Positions 1-12,162 of a stretch of 64,000 nucleotides of DNA are shown here, in pieces. The stretch is from positions 26,784,001 through 26,848,000 of the forward strand of contig OX597817.1 of the NCBI GenBank assembly GCA_951406725.2, in the 5' to 3' direction. The notes under the pieces are model-generated. The model searched no databases, was not told the origin of the DNA, and worked only from the letters and a program-made list of their open reading frames with translations. The position numbers and the translations under genes are program-made. The first letter of the stretch is position 1. The number at the start of each line of letters is the position of its first letter. The stretch comes from Octopus vulgaris. Lineage: Eukaryota.

Positions 1-170
1 CATATACACACACTTACATATATATACATATATGTGACGGGCTTTTTCCAGTTTCCATCTACCAAATCCACTCACAAGGCTTTGAAGTAGAAGATACTTG
101 CCCAAGGTTCCACGCAATGGGAAGGAACCAGAAACCATGTGGTTAGTAAGCAAGCTATTTACCACACAGC
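1..170 (-). mobile_element. SINE family A, partial (5' half; cut by window edge)
   Basis: Reverse complement matches the head of the family A copies (gctgtgtggtaa...ccttgggcaagt...tggatttggtaga). Confidence 0.85.
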
Positions 171-271
171 TGGCACAAATAAATGAGTGCTATCATGATG
201 ATCTCATCTCTTTTATTCTATTTTAGGAATATTAAATCTGAAACATGATCTGTTGGATGTTCTTTTTTTTA

Positions 272-460
272 AATAAAACCCCCTTCAGTCATGAACGACC
301 ATGGGATTGCACCTAGAAAGTTACCTTCTGATGTATAAGTCTGGGCAGTGTTCTTTATGGAAGACCAGCAGTCATCCATGCATACCAGTCTCCCCTCTGC
401 ATGCCATGAACGATATCCAAGAGAAAGGCAAAGGTTGATATAGCTTGGCACCAGTGATGT
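272..460 (-). mobile_element. 3' tail of SINE family C (tail type 3), 5'-truncated
   Basis: Reverse complement matches the 3' part of the copy at 60741-61075 (ggtaactttctaggtgca...catgac(c/t)gaaggggg). Confidence 0.75.
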
Positions 461-1080
461 CTGAATTTCCACCGGCCTGAGGAAAGGCCCTTCGATTCTA
501 GACATTGCTTCTACACCTGAAACTTCCCCCTGGATATACATGAAAAATCGTTTCTTGGATTCTTAGCCAGGAATTAAAACCTTAGTCTAAGTTTTTCTTT
601 AAGAATTTTCCATTGTTTGTGGCATTAGTACATAGGAATTTTATGAAGTAACTTTCACACTTATTTTGGATCCATTGTTTGAATTAGCATCATTGGGTCA
701 AAAGTAGGTTAACATGGATAAGCAATTTACTTTCTGTTTACATTCAGCTTTCTAAAAGGTGTAAATACGAACCCTCACAGAACATTAAGGATCAGTCACT
801 TTCACTTCTACGCACCATACATCTTTTGCTTTCTAGCCAGTGGCTTTTTCTAACAGACACACTTTATCCAAGAGTGCATGAGATTTGTCATTGTTATTCT
901 CCCTTTACCACTGTTAAACAGCCAATTACTACAGAGAATTTTTTTGTATACCTACTGTACAAGGAATTCACAAGAAAATAAACAGCATAAGCAATAACTT
1001 CCTTTTTTGCATTGATTTGTATGATGCATATTACACTGTCTCTCAGAGCTTGAACAATCTATAAGCATTATAACCTATTC

Positions 1081-1486
1081 TCTTTTTTTACTCTTTTTAC
1101 ATGTTTCAGTCATTTGACTGCGGCCATGCTGGAGCACCGCCTTTAGTCGAGCAACTCGACCCCAGGACTTATTCTTTTGTAAGCCCAGTACTTATTCTAT
1201 CGGTGTCTTTTGCCGAACCGCTAAGTTACGGGGACATAAACACACCAGCATCGGTTGTCAAGCAATGCTAGGGGGACAAACACAGACACACAAACACAAC
1301 ATACACACACATACATACATATATACGACAGGCTTCTTTCAGTTTCCGTCTACTAAATCCACTCACAAGGCATTGGTCGGCCCAGGGCTATAGCAGAAGA
1401 CACTTGCCCAAGATGCCATGCAGTGGGACTGAACCCGGAACCATGTGGTTGGTTAGCAAGCTACTTACCACACAGCCACTCCTGCG
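1081..1486 (-). mobile_element. SINE family A, full length
   Basis: tRNA-like head (A box tggctgtgtggt, B box ggttcagtccc), CORE-like ccttgggcaagtg segment, internal (TA)/(TG) microsatellite, (GAGTAAAA)-type tail; about 18 copies in the window. Confidence 0.92.
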
Positions 1487-1549
1487 TACTTATACTTGGT
1501 TCCATATTGCGTACTTATACTTGGTTCCATATGGCCAAGTGCTATATCA

Positions 1550-1852
1550 GTGGAGGCACATGGCCTAGTGTTTAGAGCAGCAGACTTGTGGTCGAGGGAT
1601 CGCAGGATCGAATCTCAGAACGGGCGATGTGTGTGTTTATGAGGGAAACACCTAAGCTCCATGCGGCTCCAGCAGAAGGTAATGGCAAACTTCTGCTGAT
1701 TGTTTTGTCACAACTTGCCCTCACTCTTTCTTCCTGCATCTTGCAGCTCACCTGCAATGGACTGGTGTCCCATCCAGGTGGGAGACCTATATGCCAATGA
1801 AACCGGGAAACAGGCCCTATGAGCCAGGCATGGCTTGAGAAGGAACAAACAA
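1550..1852 (+). mobile_element. SINE family C (tRNA head ggaggc..atggcctagtg), tail type 1
   Basis: tRNA-like A/B boxes; homologous to 45132-45443 and 53264-53517. Confidence 0.85.
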
Positions 1853-3320
1853 AAATGTGCTATATCAAATGCTGTGTGTGATCTTGTATGTTGCTTAGCT
1901 CCTGGCTAGCTCCAGTTAAGCAGACTTATTATCAAATATGCTCCAGCTATATTTTTCTCTTCCAGTCTATGTACTTCTATGACTACATTAACCAATATTT
2001 TCTTTGATTCACTGCAAATTTTAGAAAATCGAGTGGGCTACATTAGATTTATATATTTTTATGTTAACTAGTTTGGTGCTTTTTGTCCATTTAAATTTTT
2101 TTCTCACTCAAAAACGACAGTGAGGTGTTATAGTAATGTAAAGCATAATTGCATTGGTTAGGTTGCTTGGGAAATCAGGAATGAAATGAATTATTTCTGA
2201 ATTTATTCAGGCAACGGAATTTAACAATTTCTGCTCAGAAAAATATACAATTAAAAAAAAAATATGTATGCAAAATAATTACTATGTATCTCTATGTATT
2301 TCTGAGGAAGAAATAGAATATCATCTATCTGTAAGAAATATAAAAACAATATTATAAACTTAAGGTTGATTAAAAACGCAAGTGGGTTGTAATAAGATTC
2401 TATTTATATAGATAGAAACTCAGATAGGATAAACACACAAATGGTGAATGGTGATAGACAAGAATGATTACAATTATTAAACATAAAATGGTGGCAGTCT
2501 TAGAATGTGATGATAATGAAAACAGCCTCAAGGAAGCTGAGGATGAGGAAGAAAGAAAAAAGGGCATTATGATACAAAGGAAAACTAAGAGGATTATGTA
2601 AGGACATCTTTTCAATTGTGTACGCATTCCAATTCATTCAGTATTATTCATTTGATGATGTTCTATAGCTTGGATTTCTTAAATTCATAAATCTGTTGCA
2701 GGTAGTCACGATGAGCAAGTGAACTGATATTACAAAAATCTCCACAATGCCAAACGTTGATAGATGACAGTCAATTGCCTAATTAACAAGGAAGTTTAAA
2801 TCAAATGTTTCGAAATGATTAACAAATGTCCAGCCAATAGTTACATTACAAATATTCAATAAATATTGCAAATAACAAAAATGCAGGATACACTTGAAAT
2901 GCAATGACAGCAAAATGTCATGTTGTCTTACAGCTGTCTGATACTTGTAAAAGTTGTGAATGCTAGGAAAGAAAACTGCGAGTGAGTATTACTTCGCTGA
3001 CATCAAAATATTAATAATATCTTGCAATGATGATAAATGAAATAAGGATGTTGGTGATGGTGATGGTGATGGTGAGAATGATGGTGGGAATAAAGATGAC
3101 AATTTCTTTCATATTTCTATTTGATTATCCTGCATATAGTTCCAAGAGATATATATAAAACTATAGAGCTGTGAAACTTCTGTAGAAAGCCATATGCAGG
3201 TGAAATGAATTTTAAGTGATATGATCATGATGATCTTCATCAGCACTTGAGGTCAAGTTTTCAATGTTTTGTTTAATAAACTATATAGCTATGATAAACA
3301 TATAGCTATACTACTTATTT

Positions 3321-3640
3321 GTGGAGGCGCAATGGCCCAGTGGTTATGGCAGTGGACTTACAGTTGGAGGATCGCGTTTTCGATTCCCAGACCGGGTGAT
3401 GTGTGTGTTTATTGAGCAAAATCACCTAAAGCCCCATGACACTCCGGCAGCGGGTGGTGACAACCCCTGTTGTACTCTTTCGCCCCCAACTTTCTCTCAC
3501 TCTTTCTTCCTGTTTCTTGAATAATGCTGCAATGGACTGATGTCCCGTCCAGCTGGAGGGAACACATATGCTATAGAAACCGGGAAACTGGGCCCATGAG
3601 CCTGGCTAGGCTTGAAAAGGGCACATAAATAAATAAATAC
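3321..3640 (+). mobile_element. SINE family C
   Basis: Head gtggaggcgcaatggcccagtggtta; 3' end gagcctggctaggcttgaaaagggc plus (AAAT)n. Confidence 0.85.
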
Positions 3641-3854
3641 TACTTATTTATTTCAAATCATAGTTCGTGGAGAACAGCATTTTTGGTTACAGATTCCCAA
3701 CAGGCTGATCGTTGGCTCAATGCATTAATGATGGCATCTGTGACAAGGAAGCATTTAGGCAATTTGTGACATGATATTTCCACCCAAAGCACTGACAAAT
3801 TGTTTTTATACCATCACATGCATCTTGAATGATTAAATATTAGCAATATATCAC

Positions 3855-4113
3855 CATCATTTAATGTCGTTTGTCCATGCTGGCATGGGTTGGACAGTTT
3901 GATCAGAGCTGACAAACTGGGGTGCTGCCTAAGTCTCCAGTCCGATTTATCATGGGTTCTACAGCTGGATGCTCTTCCTAACACTAACCACTTTACAGAG
4001 TGTGCTGTGTGCTTTTATGTGGCACCGCATAAGTGCTTTTATGTGGTACCACACGAGTGCTTTTATGCAGCATTGCACAGGCACTTTTACATGGCTCTGC
4101 ATGGGTGCTTTTA
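3855..4113 (-). mobile_element. RTE-clade LINE 3' UTR fragment with about 25-bp tandem units
   Basis: Same 3' end as 7322-8318 (ccatgctggcatgggttggac...ttctacagctggatg) plus about 5 decayed gtgcttttatg repeats. Confidence 0.75.
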
Positions 4114-4149
4114 CATATATATACACACATATAGCAGTGTGTATATACG

Positions 4150-4820
4150 TCAGAGTGTAAATGATTTGAGAGAAAAACTGATATGCAGGGCATCAGCTGT
4201 AGTGTGCAAGAGAGAAGACAGTGCTGGTATGGTCATATAATGCATATGAATGAAGACAGTTGCATCAGGAGGTACCAACCCCTAATTATAGAGGGAACAT
4301 TGGGAAAGGGTTGACCAAAGAAGATATAGGATGAAGTGGTAAGAAAGGATCTTCAGATGCTGGGTCTAACAGAACGGACAAGAGGGGAATGAAACCCCTG
4401 GTAATTTGCTGTTCTTGGGAAGACATGTTAAACTAAGTAAAATCATGTCCTTGCATACAAGCTTGTCCCCTAGATCCCTCTTCTTCTGCTGAGCAATCCT
4501 AATCTTGTGGTCTCATGAGTGCCGGTGCAACATAAAAAGCAGTCATATGGGTGTCGGGTAAAAGCACCCATGCTGGTACTGCATAAGAGCACCCAGCTCA
4601 CTCTGTAAAGTGGCTGGCATTAGGAAGAGCATCCAGTCATAGAAACCATGTCAAAAGAGACAAGGAACCTGGGCTGCGCTTCAGCTGGTCAGCTTCTGTC
4701 AAACCTCCAACCCATGCCAGCATTGAAAACAGGCACTAAATGATGTTGACGTTGATGATGATGATGATCATAATGATGTTGATGCTGATGATGATGATGA
4801 TGATGAGGATGATGATGATA
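4150..4820 (+). mobile_element. RTE-clade LINE 3' end (ORF C-terminus, 3' UTR, (GAT)n tail), decayed
   Basis: Translates to QSVNDLREKL...VQERRQCWYGHIMHMNEDSC...DEVVRKDL, homologous to ORF 7968-8258; ends in (GAT)n. Confidence 0.85.
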
Positions 4821-4824
4821 ATGT

Positions 4825-5545
4825 GCTCACCTTATTGTAGGTATGTATCTAAATTTTGTACGACTCTTACTCTATCTTTTATTCCCTCTCTTATTTTTCC
4901 TCCTTTTTCTTGCTCCCCCTCTCTCACATTTCTTAGCCCTCTCTTTCTTTAACTCTCACTATTTCCCACTTGTTTATCTCCCCTGTACCTTTCTTTTTGT
5001 CTCTGATTTTTTTCTAATCCTTCAATCCCGCTGCCCCCTACTCGTCTCTCCTCCTTCTATGTGACCGGTGTCCAGCCAGCTATGATCTTTCTTTCTTGGT
5101 CTGACTGCTGACCACCAACACCTCTTATGTCCATCTCCTATGTTTCTGCCTTTCGGCTTTCACTTCATACACACCAGCTCAATTTGATTCATTCTCAGTC
5201 AAAAGACACCTGTTGTTATTTTTTGTTGTTTGTATTTGTAATTGTGTACCATGTTCTCCCATTTTTATTTGTTTGATTTTTTTGTCTTTGTTGCTGTACA
5301 CATTCACTAGCTTTCTTACAAATGCTCTTTGCTTAAACATTTTTGGGGGCAACCGGATCAAACAATCTCAAATGTAACTGCCTGAAATTGTCGTGACTTC
5401 TGGAACTTGACTGAGGAAAGAAAGCCACGAATGACCCACCTTTTTGCTTGTCCTTCCAATTGTGGTTTCTCTTGTCTGCCTTTGTATCGTCTATCAGTCC
5501 GAATGTTTTAATGTCCTCTATTGCATTTTTGTTCCATTTTTATAT
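4825..5545 (+). mobile_element. Short non-coding element ending at a (TA)n tract, related to 6740-7300; carries permuted hammerhead-like motif (Penelope-like affinity inferred)
   Basis: Shares agtc(a/g)aaagacacctgttgttat, caatctcaa, ctgaaattgt, cttgactgaNga and cgaatgaccc with the reverse complement of 6740-7300. Confidence 0.65.
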
Positions 5546-5565
5546 GCATACATATATATACACAT

Positions 5566-5602
<37 letters not shown>

Positions 5603-5639
5603 CATACACATACACACATACTTATATATATATAAATAT

Positions 5640-5672
<33 letters not shown>

Positions 5673-6418
5673 CAGGGCGTTCAGACTAAATTTGACAGAT
5701 TGGCTAAAGGAAAAAGAAGTCACTATCCTATTCAAAAACAGCATATTTAAAAAAAAATCAAAATGTATTAACTAGATTATGGCTATAAGATAATAGTTTA
5801 TTCAAAGTAGCCACCCTAAGCTTCCACCACAACCTCAAGATGACACAGTTCTAGAATTTGGCACATGTGTTCCTCACTGTGTCCTTGGGAAGATCTTTGA
5901 ACACCATCCTGGATTTTGGCCACCAGTTTGGCCTTGGTGTTGGAAGCAGAATGAATCCTGCTGCGACACATATAGCTTTCCAGCAACAACCTAAGCAGGG
6001 TTTGACCACAGTCTCCAGCAGCTTCATATAACTGTCTGAATGGAGCCTAAAACCCTATTCAAAGAAGCTGGAGTGGCATAATATCAACCTCACTGGAGAC
6101 ACACCCAAACACCATTGCAGTGTAGGGGAACCTGGATTTCATGATGCCCATATCATTTACAGCCTTTACAGTGATTACAGAGCATTGAACAGCAGTCGTG
6201 ATATCAGCATTTTGATACACAGCTTGAATCATCATGATAGAAGTAACTCTCTTTTCCAATATTCAGATGGTTTCCAATCCTCCAAGTCAACTAACTTTTT
6301 TCTCAACATTAACTTCAATCTATATACTCTCCAATGCCATCAACTGTTTACCAATATATCAAGCAATTCCTGAAGAAAGAAAACATAAAAGATCATCACA
6401 TTTAGCCTGAACATTCTA
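5673..6418 (-). mobile_element. Internally deleted Tc1/mariner-superfamily transposon, maT/DD37D-like
   Basis: Imperfect TIRs cagggcgttcagactaaat / atttagcctgaacattcta, each flanked by TA. Minus-strand remnants read KSRFPYTAMVFGCVSSEVDIMP, YMKLLETVVKP, QQDS and LEVVVEA*GGYFE*. Confidence 0.8.
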
Positions 6419-6466
6419 TATATATACACATGTATATACATATAAAAACACATACACATACATATG

Positions 6467-6497
<31 letters not shown>

Positions 6498-6501
<4 letters not shown>

Positions 6502-6679
6502 TCATCGTTTAACGTCCACTTTCCATGCTAGCATGGGTTGGATGATTTTGACTGAGGGCTGGCGAACCAGATGGCTTCACCAGGCTCCAATCTTGATCTA
6601 GCAGAGTTTCTACAGCTGGATGCCCTTCCTACGCCAACCACTCCGTGAGTGTAGTGGGTGCTTTTTACGTGCCACCAGC
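6498..6679 (-). mobile_element. RTE LINE extreme 3' end
   Basis: catcatcatcgtttaacgtcc...ccatgctagcatgggttgg...gtgctttttacgtgccacc. Confidence 0.85.
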
Positions 6680-6699
6680 ATATATATACATATATATAC

Positions 6700-6731
<32 letters not shown>

Positions 6732-6739
6732 GTATATAT

Positions 6740-7300
6740 AAAATACAATACACATATATAAAATACAAATGGAACAAGAATGCAAAACATCCAGACAACT
6801 AGGTGATACAAGAAGGGACAACAAAACATCCAGATAGATGATACAAAGAAAACAAGGACGGGTCATTCGAAGTTTTCTATCTTCAGTCAAGAATCAGCTT
6901 ATCCTCACAATTTCAGCTTGTTATTCTTGAGATTGCTCCAATCTAGCCAGCCCCAAGGAAAAACTAAGCTAAGAGCATTAGATTCCTTGGAAGGAAGCAT
7001 CGAATGTATACACAAACAAGGACGGAAAAAACAGACAGTGTTACACAAATATAAATACAATAAAAAATTGCAATAAAAATAATAACAGGACATAACAACA
7101 GGTGTCTTTCGACTATGGACGAATTGAATTAAGCTGGTGCATGTGGAAATGAAGCCTTATAGTAGAGATACAAAAATTTTACAGACATAGGGAAGAATAT
7201 CAAAGTTGCACGGACCATGGTCAGACCCAGAAAGAAAGAGCAAAAAGTCTGGTGATTGGTCATGGGGGAAGAGAAGAGAGAGAAGTAGAAGCAGAGGAAC
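6740..7300 (-). mobile_element. Short non-coding element between two (TA)n tracts, with permuted hammerhead-like motif
   Basis: Flanked by TA repeats on both sides; homologous to 4825-5545. Confidence 0.65.
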
Positions 7301-7321
7301 CATATATATATATATATATAT

Positions 7322-8318
7322 ATCATCATCATCATCATCATCGTTTAGCGTCCGCTTTCCATGCTAGCATGGGTTGGATGGTTCAACTGGGGTCTGGGAA
7401 GCCAGAAGGCTGCACCAGACCCAGTCTGATCTGGCAATGTTTCTACGGCTGGATGCCCTTCCTAACGCCAACCACTCCGTGAGTGTAGTGGGTGCTTTTT
7501 ACGTGCCACCGGCACAGGTGCCAGACAAGTCTGGCAAACGACCACGATTGGATGGTGCTTTTACATGCCACCGGCACGGGGGCCAGGCGAGGCTGGCAAC
7601 GGCCACGAACGGATGATGCTTTTTATGTGCCACTGGCACGAGGCCAGTCGGAGCGGGGCTAGCAACGGCCACATTCGGATGGTTCTCTTACGTGCCACCG
7701 GCACTGGTATCACAGCTGCAATTTCCATTGATGTTGATTGATTTCGATTCTCACTTGCCTCAACAGATCTTCACAAGTAGAGTTTTGTGTCCCAAGAAGG
7801 AAAGGTGTGCATAAGTGGACTGGCTACATCCCATGTAGCGGCCACGGGTTATGGTCTCACTTGTCCTGCTGGGTCTTCTCACGTACAGCATACTTCCAAA
7901 GGTCTCGGTCTCGAGTCATTTCCTCAGTGAGACCTAAAATTCGAAGGTCGTGCTTCACCACATCGTCTCAGGTTTTCCTGGGTCTGCCTCTTCCACAGGT
8001 TACCTCAACCGCTAGGGTGTGGCACTTTTTCACACAACTATCTTCATCCATTCTCGCCACATGACCATACCAGCACAGACGTCTTTCTTGCACACCACAA
8101 TTGATGCTTCTTAGGTCCAGCTTTTCTCCCAAGGTACTTACACTCTGTCGAGTATGAACACTCACATTACACATCCATCGGAGCATACTGGCTTCATTTC
8201 TTGTGAGCTTACACATATCCTCAGCAGTCACGGCCCATGTTTCACTGCCATGTAGCATGGCTGTTCGTACACATGCATCATACAGTCTGCCTTTTACTCT
8301 AAGCGAGAGGCCTTTTGT
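7322..8318 (-). mobile_element. 5'-truncated RTE-clade LINE (RT C-terminal region, 3' UTR with three about 62-bp units, (GAT)n tail)
   Basis: ORF 7968-8258 MLHGSETWAV...EASMLRWMC...RRLCWYGHVARMDEDS...RGRPRKT is the typical RTE C-terminus. Confidence 0.92.
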
Positions 8319-8589
8319 TCCTTCTTTTCTACATGTGCAGAATGTGTTGTAGTCAAAGAGTTACCAGCAAAGTTACCACCAAAATAAATCTTTGTATAAG
8401 TTTCAAAGCCTCAAGGCAGCCACTATCAATTTAAGTATGAGGAAAAGTAAGCTTGGTGAGATCGTGGAGATGCCAGAATGGAAATGTATGGGTGTCTGCT
8501 AAGTGAAAGGAGTAGGAAAGAAAGGATATACTGCTGAACTCCTCACAAGCAAGAAACAACTTCTTCTAAGTGAGTGAAAGGGATGATGT

Positions 8590-8685
8590 GGGAAAAATGG
8601 ATAGATAAAGTAATTGAGGTCATCAAGGGGAGTGGTAAGATAATTAAGGTGAGACTATTTATTGGTAATTCAATAGCAACATGAC
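8590..8685 (+). pseudogene. Small decayed LINE endonuclease fragment
   Basis: Translates EKWIDKVIEVIKGSGKIIKVRLFIGNSIAT, resembling the V.EV.R.S.RI segment of RTE APE domains. Confidence 0.4.
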
Positions 8686-8796
8686 TGCAGAGAGAAAGAC
8701 TTAGATAGCTATAGCATAAATGGTTACTTAGAGTTCCGACAAGATAAGCTGCTGAGGGCTACAGACCAGTGATGTGGCTTGTACAAGGACTTGTGG

Positions 8797-9165
8797 GAGG
8801 CGCAATGGCCCAGTGGTTAGGGCAGCGGACTCGCGGTCGTAGGATTGCAGTTTCGATTCCCAGACCGGGCGTTGTGAGTGTTTATAGAGCGAAAACACCT
8901 AAAGCTCCACGAGGCTCCGGCAGGGGATGGTAGTGATCCCTGCTGTACTCTTTCGCCATAACTTTCTTTACTTCCTGTTTCTGTTGTACCTGTATTTCAA
9001 AGGGCCGGCCTTGTCACTCTGTGTCACGCTGAATATCCCCAAGAACTACGTTAAGGGTACATGTGTCTGTGGAGTGTTCAGCCACTTACACGTTAATTTC
9101 ACAAGTAGGTTGTTCCGTTGATCAGATCAACCGGAACCCTCGTCGTCATAACTGACGGAGTGCTT
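8797..9165 (+). mobile_element. SINE family C, tail type 2
   Basis: tRNA head plus tail tttcaaagggccggccttgtcac...gaaccctcgtcgt; homologous to 55950-56326 and 61627-61998. Confidence 0.88.
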
Positions 9166-9454
9166 CCTCCACAAGGACTCAGTCAAACAGAAGATGTGAT
9201 GGTGAAATGACACAGTAGTATAGAGCTGTGAAAGATAAGAGACACTCTTGGAAAGCCTAGAAGAGAGGTGGTAACAGAGAGCCTTATCAAGAATATAAAA
9301 GGAAGTTAGGCACCAGGTATACTTAGAAGAGTGAAAAATACATAAGTATACACATACATGTATGTCCATATTACCAAGACTTTGGCAGGCAAGTATTTTC
9401 CTAAACAGCATGATACTGCCAATTAATACCATCCTTCATCATTTCCTGCATGAG

Positions 9455-9960
9455 ATGCAACAATTTCAGATTTGTTTCCTATCACTTCATTCTATGTCTT
9501 CCTAGGTTTCCCATGCCGTTGGCTCCATTCATGTGAGCAGGTGTTACCACTTTATATCGCTGTTCTCTTTGACAGGCATCACATATCCATACAACAATGT
9601 TTCTCTTTGCTGATTACACGTAAGTTCAGTGTTTCTCTGATTTCATTTGTGCTCTACCATAAATGCACACTAGTATAATACATCCAACACAGCATGCTGG
9701 TTTTGTTACTCTTTAGTTCTTACAGATTCTTTGCTTTCAAAACTCATATCTCACTACCATTCAGCACCATGCTTCACTAACAATCTACATTTTACTCTGA
9801 GGGAGAAACCTTTTGTTGACAGCAGAATTAGTTGCTCTTTGAACTTTTACCTATCAGTTCTTCCTTTTGTTACTACAATATCAGTATACCCTACCCCAGT
9901 GCTAATAAGGTTTTCTAGCAAACTGAATTTGTCAGGTTCTTCTAGAGAGCTACCTTAGCA
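9455..9960 (-). mobile_element. Old RTE LINE ORF remnant
   Basis: Decayed similarity to 7968-8300 (gtcttcctaggtttccc; catccaacacagcatgctgg). Confidence 0.5.
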
Positions 9961-10166
9961 TTGGTGAGAGACTATTTTGCAAATGTTTTTAGTATTGGTT
10001 TGGCAACTAAGTTCTGCTGTTTCATTAAATTTTGGAATTTATAGCATTTTTAAATTTAGGAATCTATTTTTTTTTTAAGAATTCTATTTTTGAATCATTT
10101 AGGAATCTATTTTGCTTTTTTCCTAGTTAATTTTAGTTAAATTTTGCTTATTTTCAGATCATTAAC

Positions 10167-11210
10167 ATGGAAAGTCAAGTTAAGAAAAACAAGCATTTTC
10201 GACACCTCCTTTTTGTTTTTAATCAAGGTTCTAAGGCCACAAAAGCTGCTCGCAACATTTGTGCTGTGTATGGAGAGGGTGCCATAGCTGAAAGAACCGC
10301 TTGTGATTGGCATGACAAGTTCAAAAATGTTAATTTTGACCTCAAAGACACCCCTCATTTTGGCCGTCCAGTTGAGTTCAATGTAGAGTGATTAAACCAA
10401 CTTTTGCACAAAAATTCTTGTCAACTGACAAGGGAACTGGCAGAGAAAATGGAATGCTCCTACACTGCTATAGAGAAGCATCTTCACTTGATGGGAAAGG
10501 TTCAGAAGTATGGAGCATGGGTTCTGCATTCTTTAAGTGACAACAACAAAAATCAATGAGCCACAATCTCAGCTGGTTTGCTTGATCTTCTCCACTCAAC
10601 TCATGGACACAAGCAATGATTTCTTTACTGAATCATTACTGGCGATGAAAAATGGTGTCTGTACATCATTATGAAGCAGCATAATGAATAGCTTAGCCCT
10701 GGTAAACAAGCAACATCATGCATGAGACAAAATCTTCATCTGCGTAAGATGATGTTGTGCATATGGTGGGATTGGGAAGGGATTATCCATTATGAATTAC
10801 TTGAATGGAACCGAACGGTCAACACAGAACTCAATGTTCAACAGATGAAATGACTCAGCATGGCTATTCAAGAGAAAAGACCTAATTGTCAGCATGGAAT
10901 TCTTCTGCTACACAACAACGCCCACCTTCATATCACCAATATGACCAAGGATGCCATTCAAATGCATGGCTGGGAAGTGCTGCCACACCTATTGTACTCT
11001 CCTGATTTGGCACCAAAGGATTTCCACCTGTTTCAATCTTTTTCAAATGCTATGCATGGCGTTTCGTTCAATACTGATGCAGAATTGAGAACTTAGTTGG
11101 ATCAATTTTTTGAGTCGAAATCGGGTGATTTCTACCAACAAGGTACTGAGAATCTTGTTGAACATTGGGAAGAAGTTGTAAACAACAAGGGTGAATACAT
11201 TATTGATTAA
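10167..11210 (+). pseudogene. mariner transposase pseudogene (7 in-frame stops, no frameshift)
   Basis: One frame with HTH N-terminus, WVLH (WVPH motif), ITGDEKW, HNNA (HDNA mutated) and YSPDLAPKD; 34 residues between the second and third catalytic positions. Confidence 0.95.
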
Positions 11211-11215
11211 TTAGT

Positions 11216-11617
11216 TACTCTTTTTACTCTTTTATTTGTTTCAGTCACTTGACTGCGGCCATACTGGAGCACCGCCATTAATCGAGCAACTCGACCCCGG
11301 GACTTATTCTTTTGTAAGCCCAGTACTTATGCTATCGGTCTCTTTTGCCAAAACGGTAAGTAACGGGGACATAAACACACCAGCATCGGTTGTCAAGCAA
11401 TGCTAGGGGGACAAACACAGACACACAAACACACACATGGTTATATATATACATATATACGACGGGCTTCTTTCAGTTTCCGTCTACCAAATCCACTCAC
11501 AAGGCTTTGGTCGGCCCGAGGCTATAGTAGAAGACACTTGCCCAAGGTGCCACGCAGTGGGACTAAACTCGGAACCATGTGGTTGGTAAACAAGCTACTT
11601 ACCACACAGCCACTCCT
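11216..11617 (-). mobile_element. SINE family A inserted in the mariner 3' UTR
   Basis: Full-length match to 1081-1486. Confidence 0.92.
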
Positions 11618-12162
11618 TGTTATTTTTTATTAAACCTTTTAAAATATTTAAATTTAAAAAAGCAGCAGGAACTTAGTTGACCCCCAATATCACTGCTCCT
11701 GTACAACAACCACAGGTAAAGTCTACTTTCTCTTTAACATACCTGTAATCTCACTACAAATCTTGCACATCCATAACTTACATTGGGTACACCATACATA
11801 GTTCTTACCTGCTTCTTTTCTATATTGAGTATGACAACTTTCTTGATAAAAGAAGATCCCTGTCTTCTTTCTTATTTACTAAAACTTTGCTAAATTCACT
11901 CTAGATTATGTTTCTTCAATTTGAATGAGGCATTGGCTATTTGTGGGCTATAACAGAAGACCTTTGCTCAATGTGCTATGTGGGATCAATCTTAGAACAC
12001 CATGGGTGCAAAGAAAATTTCTTATCAGTAGAGCTATGCATGCATCCAGACACACTTTGGACATTTTCCTTTGAATATTTTTATCTATCTTCGAATAAAT
12101 CTCTCCTATATATCATTTCTTGGATGGCAATCTCTCATTAGAACTGGTACATTACTTAGATG

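Larger units (their letters stand above)
9995..11687 (+). mobile_element. Full-length decayed mariner (DD34D) transposon with SINE insertion
   Basis: TIRs ttggtttggcaactaagttctgctg / cagcaggaacttagttgacccccaa; TA at 9993-9994 and 11688-11689. Confidence 0.93.

Noticed and set aside
8797-8870. tRNA genes at SINE heads
   Set aside because: A/B boxes are present but there is no complete cloverleaf, and they are always followed by SINE bodies.
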